Source: Lingula anatina | Taxonomy: Eukaryota > Animalia > Brachiopoda | Reading direction: 5' to 3' | Assembly (NCBI GenBank): GCA_051362555.1 | Contig: CM120642.1 | Span: forward strand, 10,354,001-10,418,000 | Length of the DNA: 64,000 nt | Part shown: positions 39,201-50,595 of the stretch, piece by piece | Layout of the letters: the number at the start of each line of letters is the position of its first letter | Numbering within the stretch: position 1 is the stretch's first letter | Translations under genes and position numbers: made by a program | The notes under the pieces: model-generated | The model's input: only the letters and a program-made list of their open reading frames with translations | Told to the model about the DNA's origin: nothing | Database searches by the model: none

Positions 39201-42200
39201 CGTTTTTCGGTGGAACTGGCGCGGGTAATACCGTGCCGCTGTAATTTTTTGCCATTCTTAACTCATAGCTAGGCATAGGATATTATCATTGTGCTTACTG
39301 AAATCTGTATGTAATGAGACCATCCACCAATGTTTTATTTTCTTATTGTTCTTCAGTGATTACTTTTAAAAGATTTAAGTCAAAGCTGAAACGCCCCCCC
39401 CCCCCCCCAAAAAAAACTTAATCCTTTTTACAATGAAATTCAGATATCATTTTTAAAATCTCAACATTTTCTTGAAAATATACAAAAGACCTACCTTCAC
39501 AGGACTGAGAGTCTTTTCCCAACTGGTAGCCATCTTGGTTGCAGAAACACCTGAAAGTACCTATGGCGTTGATGCATATATCTTCACACCCACCATTAGA
39601 GATGCTGCACTCGTCTACATCTGATGAAAAAAATGTTTCAATACATACATGTATGTAAGCGCAAATGGGCAATGAGCGGGAAATTAATGCTATAAAAAGA
39701 TTTGTGACAGGCAGTTGCTCATCAATATACACACAGGTAATCACAAGTGCAAATGGTTGAATATATGCTTTCAAATATTTGTGTACTCTTACAGATACAC
39801 GTGATATCAACATAACCATGCTTCACACGAGTGACATGAAATTACACTCACCGTCGCACGAGCGAAAGTCTGCTCCTAATATATATCCTGGGTCCGTACA
39901 AACACACGTGAATGATCCATTTAGATTGTCGCACCGATCATCGCAGACACCTTTAGCAACCAGGCATTCATCAATATCTGTAAGAGAGTTGCAGGCATGT
40001 GTATGAAATTTTGTTTGGAAGTTAAAGAGTAGGGTTATGGGGTTATAATGGCCGTTAACGTTAGATCCCGTGGTTTAAAACCGATTTTACATGTACATGT
40101 ATTTCTCGATAATATTTTGCACATTATACCTTTACGCAAAGTTTCACACTTCATTTGTATGAGCTTGTTTTGTTTGAAAGTGAACCCAAGTGCATATAGC
40201 GTCGTGAATGGATTTTACAAAGCGTGGCTGTAGAATTTAGATCTGGTGGTTTAAAAACAAATTTTGAATGTACTTACATCGAAAGTCTTGCATATAATAC
40301 CTTTACACAAACTGAATTAAAAGGATAACTACTCTTCATTTTGCAGAGAAAATGACATAAAACGGATTTTATTGGAGTAATTTAACGACGGTGTTCTCAT
40401 ACTAGTCAATGAATCCCTTCCAACATTCAAAGTTTGTCGATTCGTATTTTAATTGCTTTTTTCAATAATCTTTTAAGAGATTATAACCGAGGGTAACCAT
40501 TAACGAAGGTCCACGTGGTCCAAGGGCAAGCAAAGATTTCAGAATAATTGCCATAATCGCCGTTTTGGTGGCAAAATGAAATTTATTATATTTCTATGCG
40601 TTCTTTACAATGTATACTCCCCTACCAAAAAAAGTGTCACCCCTACCGCATTTATGTACATTGCTAATTTTACTATAACATAACAACTAGGTAACCGATC
40701 ATTCTGTAAAATGGGGATATGAGTAGTCGAATATTGACCTATCTAGCTTATACCATTGAAATACTCCAACACTAATTATTTTTAATATGCGTCTCCTAAG
40801 TGAGAGGGATACCTTTTTTACCAAGCGGTAGATAGCCTATAGGAGGGAGTTTTGACCCGCAGAATTGCCAGAAGGTTGGGTTGTTCCATGAGAACCATTC
40901 AGAGGGATAAACAACATCATTACCAAATAGGGCAAAACTTCCTGGGTCAGGCTGACAAAAAGGAAACCACACCCAGAGAATAGAGACTGTTAATACGCCT
41001 TCCTTATAGATAACGTTTCGATACATTTTGGAATGACTGCAACATTTCACAAGAACAGGGTACATCATGTTTCTGAGTTTACCATCAGAACGCTTCTGCA
41101 CAATCGTCGTTATTTTGGTAGGGTTTCTGTTAGGAGACCAATGATCACTGCCAGGAACCGTCTACGTCGAGTCAGATGGTATACTGGAACTCCTGAGTGA
41201 ATACCAGTTAATAACTGGGCACAGATACTGTTTTCAAATAAAAGCAGGTGAAGCGTTGTCAGAATTTATGCATGGGGTAGGCGTATTCAGCGCAGAAGTA
41301 AAGTACGGTGAAGGTCATTAGAGTGCATGTACCTTACCTTCACAATGCCCATCCTTGTCGACGTATCCAACTGGACACGCTTTTATGTTACAACCAATGC
41401 AGGGTGGAACCTCTGATAAAACATGAAGAAATAAATGCGGTGTCATGACAACATGTTTGTTTGTGCTGTGTTGTGATTATAATATCACTATTTTTCATTC
41501 GACTAAAGCCCATTGGTAAAAAAAAGGTTGTGATTGCATGCTTTTTATTGTCTATATCACATTACTGTTGCTTTTGGATATCACAATAGAGGCTGAATTT
41601 TTTTCCTACTTTTAATTTCATTTTTTTATTTAAATGAAACAGCATTTATTTACTCCTGCTTAGAATAGATCTCGGTTTGGATCTCATCCGGATATGTCTT
41701 ATAGAATAGATTTCGGTTAGGATCTCATCTGGATATGTCTTACCAAAGCAATATGCTTGTGGACATGCCACCGTCGGACTTAGATAGTACACCGTAAAGT
41801 CTGTGCAATTCTTGATTTGCACTGGCAGCAAGGACTCACAGCAGCTGTCAGGCGACCCAACACATGCTTCTAAAGATACCATGGCACCCTCTGGTATAGA
41901 CGTGTTGGCTGAAGTAAAAAAAAAAGCAGACAAATTTTGAAAAAAATACAGACGAGTTTAGATGCTCAAAAAAAATAATGATAATAAATATAAGATTGGT
42001 AAAATGAAATTAACGACAATAAAGAAATAAACATACTGAGTTAATTTCGCTTGGAAATTATTGCTTCATATATCGCATTTTGATAATTATATGAGAGTAT
42101 GTCTTCAAAGAGTTCACATGCCTTTGCAGACTTGTTTTAGATTGAAATATAGACTGTAATACTTAATACTTCGTTCTTTAAAAAAATCCCAAGGCAATTC

Positions 42201-45200
42201 TGATTATCCATAATAGCAAATAAAGCTCCGTGACTATATGAAATAGTAGTGATAAAATATTCGGAATATTGTCACGTCTAGGCACGATCAATATACCCTG
42301 TATTGCTTCATTTAAATTGAATTAAATGTTTCCTATTTAAATACGTACATTATTTTAATAGATTATCGAGTACCTTCAAATTTGTAAGGGTGTTATTGCT
42401 TGCTTTAAATAGAGAGATTGCTGAACAGAACTGTAAATAGAGCTTTCATAGCCTTTCCTTTCAGGTAAATATTTGTGTACTCTTTATTTGTGATTTCAAG
42501 GTTTTTATCGTTGATTAAAAGAAAGCTGATTTTTTGTGCATTGCTTGCCTTTCACTGCTCAAAGTGACGGCTCTGGTCTTTCTTAACCAAATGGTACTCA
42601 CTTGTATTCACCCAAACTGGTCCAGTCGTTCCACAAGCTGGTGACCCAGGGCAGGTCGTAGGCAGGTGAAAGATGGGGGAGTGACCTATCTTATACCAGG
42701 TCCTCAGCAGTAAAGAGTCACATTTGGGATTGGTGGTGAGGTTGGTGTTATTTGTGCTTCTCTCAAAACCCACCGTGAGGTCCGCGTAGTTTTGACAGGG
42801 GTCATAAGCTGAATAATAGATACGGCCAGACAAAATTGATAAGTGTGTTGACGAATGCAACCGACTCTAGTTTTGAGAAAATCGCCTTTTTCACACCCAC
42901 GGCTACCAGTTTGGTGTCGTAAGTGTGAGAAATTTACAACCTTAAACCCCTTGCAATTTGCTCTAAGTTCGGTTTGATATTCTCTCCACCATCCTTAGAA
43001 AGAGAAAAAACAAACAAACAAAAATAAAAAATAAACCGCTTTTAAAACATCATCATGGCCAGATATGCGCACCATTCACGCGATACAGGAGGGCGCTACA
43101 GTAGGGCTTCACGTGACTCGCGTGACTAGCCAATCACAGCACAACAACGGCATCGCACACAGACTCTGTGATAAGTGCTCAGCCCATTGTCAAGTAGTGT
43201 TAGTTCATGGTAACAAGCGTCTGACATGGGCAGAGAAGTTTATTGTAATATATATTGTTCTAATTGTTACATTATTAAATCTAACTCTGTATCCAAGTAG
43301 TAACTATACTGTACCAAGTCAGGTACTGATGACGTGCAGAGGTCATATATTCCAGAATAAGCCATTACCACTAATTTATAACTTTAATTTTGTTTAATAT
43401 GTTATTCATGAAAGAGTTCATGAAAGATTATTTTAATTTGCTAAATCGTGATCTAATTCTTTTTATATTCAAATAATTGAATAATGTGTGTAAAATTGGT
43501 CTTTCACTTCTTATTTGCATTTTTTCTTTACTACAAGATTATTTTGGAACATTTGCAGCATTAAAATTTAAAATAAATAGCAATCTGAAAGAAGAATTTT
43601 GCATTATTATTAAATGATGATAGGAATTTTGGATTAAGAGATTAGTTAAATACTGAGTAGTAATATTGTCAGTCAATTTATGTAGAATCTGATAATATGA
43701 TTGAAAATACTGATTGAATTCTTGGCCTTGCACTGGGCAGTTTCACATTTGTGCCAAGTGCTTTTTTTGGACTCCATTGTACAGTGGTAAAAGTTCTTCA
43801 ATTGCCATGAAAGTTTTTAATCAGACTCTGTATGGTGCTGCTACCTGCTGGTGCTATCGGCAACGAATTAGTTTGCCTTTGTTTTTGAATGAATCTACCG
43901 TCTAAACACTATTTCTGAAAATATGTGCGTTTTGCTGAGGGTAGGTTAGGCAATACACGGCAAACTACTTAGTACGTGTGTACAACAGAATTTTTTAAAA
44001 AACCCTAGCGATATTTGGTCAGGAGTTGCTTGAAGCATAGCACAGCGTTGCTGTCTATCGGCATCAGGTCGTTAGTTTGTCAATTATTGCGAATTACCCA
44101 CGAATCGCGAACCCATTCATTTTCCTATGGGAATCTAGCAACTCATTAAAAGTGCACGCATGCGCAGTGGGCTAAGCGTGACGTCATGCAGTGCATTTCT
44201 GGGGATGACATATAAAAAATTTAATTTCATCTACCGATCCTGTTTTCCAAGAGGCGCCGCTCGTCAACCAACCAATCAATCACGTCTGGCCCAATTGGCA
44301 CGCCATTATCTTTATATTGGAAAATTAACTTCATCTTAAGTGTAAATAACACAAAGCATTCATTTCAAGTGCGTTTAGTGTGTATTCATTTTCAAGCAGA
44401 TGGAAATAATGAATAAAGCTTATACAGTTACAAACAATCATTTGCTTCCATTCCAAACTATTGGTATTATTTGTCACTATTTAGAAAAACGTACTTCTTC
44501 TACGCAGCATTCACAAAAACAAAATATGAGCAATTTTCAAAGTGAAATTACTCTTAATTTATAAAAACGTATGACTTTTTATGCAGCACTGATACAGACT
44601 GAAGACGATTTCAAAAGTAAGGTGTAATGGAGATATGGTGAATTCCTTTTACTAGTAGTGTGATTTTTAATAAAATACCATTGTAATAAATACCTTACAA
44701 AATATCATTCTGGTGCATACAAATTGCTAGTCTGCATTGACAGCGACCTTGACTTACTTTCGTTACAGGTAAAGCCGTGGTAAGGCGGCTGGCATTTACA
44801 GGTGTCGGGCGCTATACAATCGCCATTATTCTCACACCCTGCCGCGCAGACGGCTGAAACATACACCAGATAAACGTGTCAAGCAATGCAAAATAAAAAT
44901 TATAAAAGGAAAAGCATCAGACACTGATACTCTTAAGTGCACATCAGCAAATTCTACGAGTACAAACTTTGCCCCTTATGTATGTATTCATTTTTGATGT
45001 TTCATTCCATTATTAAGAACAATACAATCGAATGAGAATTTTAGAAAATGAATTTGTGTGTCTAAATTCTACAAAAGAATATGTTTCATCGACTTACGTA
45101 TGTCACAACTGCTATTGTTCGTGGCGTTGATCCCAGCGGACCACCCATCACAGCAGTATTCTACTGTTACTGGGCGCTTGTAGTAGGCTAAGCTGTACAT

Positions 45201-47562
45201 GCTACAGTCGTAGTAGCTGGAAAGATAACATAACCATGTGTTTCTCACAAATAGATTGATCAAAACACTTATCCTGGGATATAATTTATATTTTTTAAAT
45301 TTTTTTATCAGGGCTGGACTAAATGTAGTGTATTTATTTATTTATTTATTTATTTATTTATTTGTATTGTGATTTAGCATTATTAGGAGTTTATCCCAAG
45401 GATTTTTATCCAACTATTTAACAATAGGTATTCGTGATTATATGTTCCCCTAATAATAAAACTAACACCTGAAGGCTGCAAAACATATCAGTATGTGCTA
45501 TATGTCTTCGAACCGGGTATTGGGCATACATGTCAGGTAAAAATATTATCATTCCATGTATAATATAGACCATATAATCTTCATCATCATCATTACTTTT
45601 TCAATACCAAAATCAGAATAACTTATTAATATGTAAAGTGTAATGCCATCATTAAAATTATATATAATTAAACAAAAATGTTAATTTTGAATTACATATT
45701 CTTTAATGTCAGGCCCGTAGCCAGGGAGGGTTCGGGGGGTTCGAAAGAACCCCCCTTTTTGCTGGAAAAAGGTCCACTCTAGGTAAAATTTGACCTAGGT
45801 ACATGGGGATTATATGGTAAAAGGTCCACTTTTTCAGAAAAAGACCCCCCCCCCCCCCCTTTGAAATTACTGTCTACAGGCCTGAATTTCTTTATCACTT
45901 ACCCTCTACCAGGGTGGTAGATTACACATGTATAGGGAAAAATGGGAAAATCCAGAGATATTAAAATGACCGTCTATTTATCTAAAGACATATCTGTGAA
46001 TATCCTGTGAAAAGTCAACCTGTGGTCCTGGAAGAGGGTACTTGGCACTCATGTGTTAAGATACAAATACAGCCTTCCGCTACAGGAGATCCCGAGAACA
46101 ACTTGCGTAAATATTGCTATTTTTAGCTCTTCTTGGAAGGAGACAGATTTCACGAGTCTTGATTTCAAATTGTATACTGGTTTGAGGGAAACAAACCGAA
46201 ATGAAAGCACATGAAATGAATCAAAATGCCCCTTTGTGCAGTCTTTACAAAATGAGAGCTAACAAAAAGCGTAAAGCAAATCTATAGCCTATAATGCCCA
46301 GGGACTGATATCTAGACCCATATTAAATTCGCTCTCGTAACAATTTTAAAATCGAGGTATGGTAAAAAAAACTTTAGATCAAATCTGAGCGCTCCAATGA
46401 TTTTTCTTCGATCCTAAGATAATTGATTTTGCTTTGCAAAAGGCACATGACCCCCCCCCCCCCAGTTTTGTCCTTTGAATAATTCTACAATTTGTTATAT
46501 AAGTCTACCAATGTTCATCATGCGACCACTGAATATGGTGTCTGAAGTCTAGTGCATACTTTCGTTTTTTTTTCTTAACGATTCTGGCGATCAGCAACTG
46601 TCGTTTTAGAAATATTTTGTTTTTGTAGTACTGGTAACAAGCTTCGTAAATATGCTAAAATGAGAACAAAAATAACATCCTATTGCTAACAGAGGACAAG
46701 CATTTTATACAAACACAATCTGTATTTTGCTTTATAAAATATGATTGATTTGACTTTGAAATATTAAAAATAATGTTAAAAACTGATTTTCTTGGAATGT
46801 AAGAAGTCGCCCTTCATATATTTCATATATTTTTTAACTTTGGGAATTTTTTATCATACCCCTTGCAAAGAAAGTTCGCCATTTTGGTCTTACGTAATAA
46901 GGCCTGTTTTGGCAACGAAATACCTGCTACATCTGCCCCAGTCCCAGAGTCCACATGGTACTAACGTTCTGCAAATTCGAATATGTTTGATCAATCTTGT
47001 GAAGTTTCTGGCTTCTGTTCTGGTGCATACACGCCTGCAAAACAATGAAAAAAATCTGATTTCCTAGAAGCGACATAAAGAGTAATTTTAAGGGCGATTT
47101 CATTGTATTATACATGTGTAAATCAACAACTTTTGTAAATGATAACCATGATTTAATTACACCATACTTAGACCTTCGTGAGAACAATAGCGAAATATGA
47201 AAGCTCCAGTGGAGGGTCAAAATCATAATATATGGCGATAAATATTCTGCAAATTTGCGTTTGAATGCAGTATTTTGAAACGATAAAAGGTAACTTGAAG
47301 TTGGACATTGAACCGATTGAGGAGCAAATATCAAAAAGACACAGAGTAAGTATTGCAGTATTGCAGCGTAATTATAATTGGGTCCAAGTATTTGGTCGTA
47401 GGCGTCTCGACATCGAAGCACAAGCAACATAGTAGCCTATATGTCTGAGCTGCAGGTCTTACAAGTTTACACTTACCCTGTTAATCTGCTGGACACTCCG
47501 AAATATGGCAGAGGTAACGTGGCACAAATTGCTATGACAGCGAGAAAGATCGTCCGTGACAT
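34506..47562 (-). CDS. Paralogue C: 957-aa chimeric type I receptor; SP-EMI-EGF-D8C-cbEGFx4-SUEL lectin-like-CUB-like-Gly/Ser stalk-TM-Tyr-rich tail
   Basis: Exons homologous to A/B: 47477-47562, 46924-47034, 45098-45216, 44758-44853, 42602-42808, 41744-41908, 41338-41412, 39852-39977, 39495-39620, 38961-39086, 38602-38727 (extra copy of exon 10). Unrelated exons: 37070-37366, 36286-36630, 35497-35826, 35149-35221 ([27 protein letters not shown]), 34506-34971. Sum 2874 nt, in frame. The join between the two halves is inferred from phase-1 compatibility. Confidence 0.75.
35539..35712 (-). repeat. Coding Gly/Ser repeat (~24-bp units, SGSGSNSG-like) in the paralogue C stalk
   Basis: Repeated accagaatttgaaccag... 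on the + strand. Confidence 0.8.
36286..36630 (-). CDS. Paralogue C exon: CUB-like domain
   Basis: MCDAGG...[23 protein letters not shown] resembles the CUB N-terminal motif (C...xxSPxFPxxYPxxxxCxW); phase 1-1 exon, 345 nt. Confidence 0.55.
37070..37366 (-). CDS. Paralogue C exon: SUEL-type (galactose/rhamnose) lectin-like domain
   Basis: [16 protein letters not shown]...C...TC...[15 protein letters not shown]...C...VTFKC fits the SUEL Cys pattern; phase 1-1 exon, 297 nt. Confidence 0.7.
43054..44207. mobile_element. C-specific ~1.15-kb insertion with imperfect TIRs in intron 4
   Basis: Absent from A/B; ends CATGGCCAGATATGC...GCATTTCTGGGGATG; no clear TSD. Confidence 0.45.
45710..45884. mobile_element. 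MITE (CAGGCCCGTAGCCAG-type TIR) in paralogue C intron 2
   Basis: Imperfect TIR CAGGCCCGTAG...CTACAGGCCTG; flanks AATGT/AATTT; absent at the homologous A/B site (attctttaat|tcccttttca). Confidence 0.7.
45900..46040. mobile_element. MITE with TACCCTCTACCAGG TIR (copy 1)
   Basis: TIR TACCCTCTACCAGG...CCTGGAAGAGGGTA; inverted second copy at 48364-48498; absent from A/B introns. Confidence 0.75.
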
Positions 47563-48363
47563 TTTAGTATCACAAATCCGTCAAAATGATGAGCTTCACT
47601 TAATCGCACAGTTTGAAGATGGTATCAATAAGTGATCCTAGCCACATTGGTTGTGTCTTGCATTGACATGTCATCTTGTGTACAGTCGATCATGACACCA
47701 CGTCCACTTACTAGTAACTTAGTAATTACGGAAAATCTAAATTAGTTTTAACAAATAAAAATGTATAAAAACCAGAAATCGCTATGCAAAACCTGATCAG
47801 GCACTCATTTCTTCTAACGGTATCCACAAACTTATGTCAGACTGAGTGCTGTGAATTTGAATAGGCGTATGAAATACATGCAGGGTCACCTGAACAAAAA
47901 CAGTAAAGCACTTTTGTTGTGATACAAAACATAAAAAAGACGGGTTTAGTAATTTCTTGAAGCTTACGGGTTACCATTGACGTAAACAAAGGCACTCTTA
48001 CCCGAAAAAGAATCTGTGCAATGGTGGGCACTAATACTTAGCCCAGAATTTAATATACTCCCCCAAGCAAAACAAGAGTCACGTCTAATGCAATGCCTTA
48101 AGTGATATAGAAAAATCGTGTGATAAACCAATGTTTTTATTCAACTTTTAAAATATTTTTAACATAATTTTACTGATTGTACTACCAATAAATAAGCATA
48201 GGCCTATCATAGAAAAAAAACCAAAGCCACATTTTAGTATTTAGTACAATATCCTTTGAACGCGTCCTTCGTAGAGTCAAAAAGTTCTGTAACGTTTGCG
48301 CAGTGATGGCGTTCCACATAAGGTGCAAAGATAGTATGAGATTATTTTTTGAAGGGCTAACCC

Positions 48364-48498
48364 TACCCTCTACCAGGGCCACAGATTGACTTTTCACAGG
48401 ATATTCACAGATATGTGTTTAGATATATAGACGGTCATTTTACTATCTCTGGCTTTTCCATTTTTTCCCTATAATATCTGCCATCCTGGTAGAGGGTA
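48364..48498. mobile_element. MITE with TACCCTCTACCAGG TIR (copy 2, inverted)
   Basis: Perfect TIR TACCCTCTACCAGG...CCTGGTAGAGGGTA; the interior is the reverse-complement homologue of 45900-46040. Confidence 0.78.
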
Positions 48499-48783
48499 GG
48501 TTAACCCCCGGTTATCTATTTCCGAGGTTATTGAGAGTCTGATATAAGGATTGAGCTGGCCATCGGGAATATATTGCATTGGCTGTACGTGGAGAAAGCT
48601 GAGCACGATCATGCTGAAACATAAATGCGTGATCATAGTCCACAAAGACATGCTCGGCAGAATTCCATAAGTTTCTTTTAAGTAGTTGCATGGATGCATT
48701 GGTCTGCGTTTAGGATCCCACTGTCGGCTCGCCTACATCATAGTAGCCCATGTGTCAGACGCCTGATTTTCGTCTATCGGTAG

Positions 48784-48948
48784 CAGGGGCGTAACCAGAC
48801 CATTTAAAATTGTACGCACAGATTTTGAAAATTCCCAGGTACGATTATATTCCGTGAAAAATACACTGAATTTATGAGAATAATATCATGGTTGGCTCAA
48901 AAAATTGTACGCACAGTGCATTCGTGCGTGTGCCTGGTTACGCCCCTG
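48784..48948. mobile_element. MITE with CAGGGGCGTAACCAG TIR and 5-bp TSD
   Basis: TIR CAGGGGCGTAACCAG...CTGGTTACGCCCCTG; TSD GGTAG on both sides. Confidence 0.85.
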
Positions 48949-48953
48949 GGTAG

Positions 48954-49692
48954 TACATTGTTCCTTCGGAACAAAACGTAACAGGGGTATTTTACTGTAA
49001 CGGTCTCAACAGAAATCTCACTCCATTTGCAAGAGGTGACTTCAGGGATGCTACTGGCTTCATTGTGACAACGCGCTTGCTCACAGCTCTCGTCTGGCAA
49101 GCGATTTGTTGCAGAAACACAGGGCTCTGAGGATGAACCCGTCTTTGAACAATGGTTTTTATCCTACTGAGCACCTGTGGCATTAATTGGAATGTGCATT
49201 GCAGAGGAGAACTAATTCCCAAATAGTCTGGACAAATTCCGCCACGCTCTTTAGGATGAATTGGACAATATCCCCCACAACAGAATTGTTACCCATGTTG
49301 AAGGCTTGTCGCGCCGTCTACAGGAGATAATTGCATCACGTGGTTGACGCACACGCTCTTAGGCACGTGGCCTTTAAAGAGCACACCCTAATGCTAATTG
49401 TGTGTGAATTTGGTGACATTTGATTGCATCTTTTCAATTTAATAGACATTTATTTACATCTGTAGAAGTCACAGTGAAACAGTGGATTTGAGGGGGTACC
49501 TCTTATAAATTTTACTAAATGGTATAAAATGTGTATATTTTCACAACTATTTTGTATTTTTTAAACCAATAATCATGTTAGACACGGTATCTGTAATAAA
49601 AAGCACTATTTCTAACAATTTACAGCTGTGAGGTGATCATTTGTAAATAAAAGTACATGGAAATGGGGGTGGAACAAACTTTTTGAACAATG
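48954..49692 (+). mobile_element. Decayed Tc1/mariner transposase remnant (DDE C-terminal part) with 3' end
   Basis: With stops/frameshift it translates to NVTGVFYC..LNRNLTPFARG../HCDNALAHSSRLASDLLQ...YPTEHLWH*LE.../PNSLDKFRHAL*DELDNIP...SRRLQEIIASRG*RTR, like Tc1 QDNAPAH, NPIEHLW and MPRR..AVI.ARGG.TRY. Tc1-like end ...AAACTTTTTGAACAATG followed by TA. Confidence 0.75.
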
Positions 49693-50157
49693 TACGTTGT
49701 ATCTATGATATGGTAACAGGTACATGTATATCAATAAATTGTATATAGGGGCCTACTTATGAAGGCAGGGGATGGGACATTTAATTTCAAAAGTCATAAT
49801 TGCATGACAGTTAGTCAATGGTCATTGATAAATAATGGGTCAAAGGTCACATTTTTGTGGATTTTTCATAAATTAAAACCAAAAAGTTTTTTTAAATCAT
49901 TGTTTGAGTAAGAATATGGTATTTGGTGAAATCATAACCTCCTTGTCGGAGGTAGGCTAATAATACATGGAAAAGAGTAGGCCTATTACCTGACATATTT
50001 CTCAGATTTCTCAAGAATATAAGCTTTGGCTAGCTTAATCAAGAGTAGTGCTTTCAATCTCAACATCAAGCTGTCCATGGCTCTATCAATAAAGATGATG
50101 TGCTTATAGGACATTCAAACGTTTTATTTATTTATTTATTTATTTATTTATTAATTT

Positions 50158-50188
<31 letters not shown>

Positions 50189-50595
50189 GATTAGGCCTAA
50201 AAACTGTACAAAACTATACAAAATACTATAGTATCGTGGGTGATGTCCTTCCTGTTTTATTCATTTATGATTAATATTGTTAGCTTTGTTTTCACATCTT
50301 TGCATTCCTGTATTAATCTTATGGTGGTGCATTTGGTTACAAATAACCGCATCTACCAGCGCATCTAATTCCGCAATTAGATGATTCTTTATAATATAAC
50401 AATGAGAAAATTGTGCAAAATGTAATGATATATGTAATTCATATCCAGATTCCAACTGAAAGGAGTGTTTAGGAAAGGAGTGTTTTAATAAATCTCTCTG
50501 GCCTGACATAGCATCTGATTTCTGGCCTGAAAGGTATAATGTGGCGATCTTTTGATCTGACATGACACATCTTCAGCGTCCAGCCAGTGCCTATA

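Noticed and set aside
46927-47430. 167-aa minus-strand ORF
   Set aside because: Overlaps exon 2 of C in the wrong frame plus intron sequence; not conserved in A/B.
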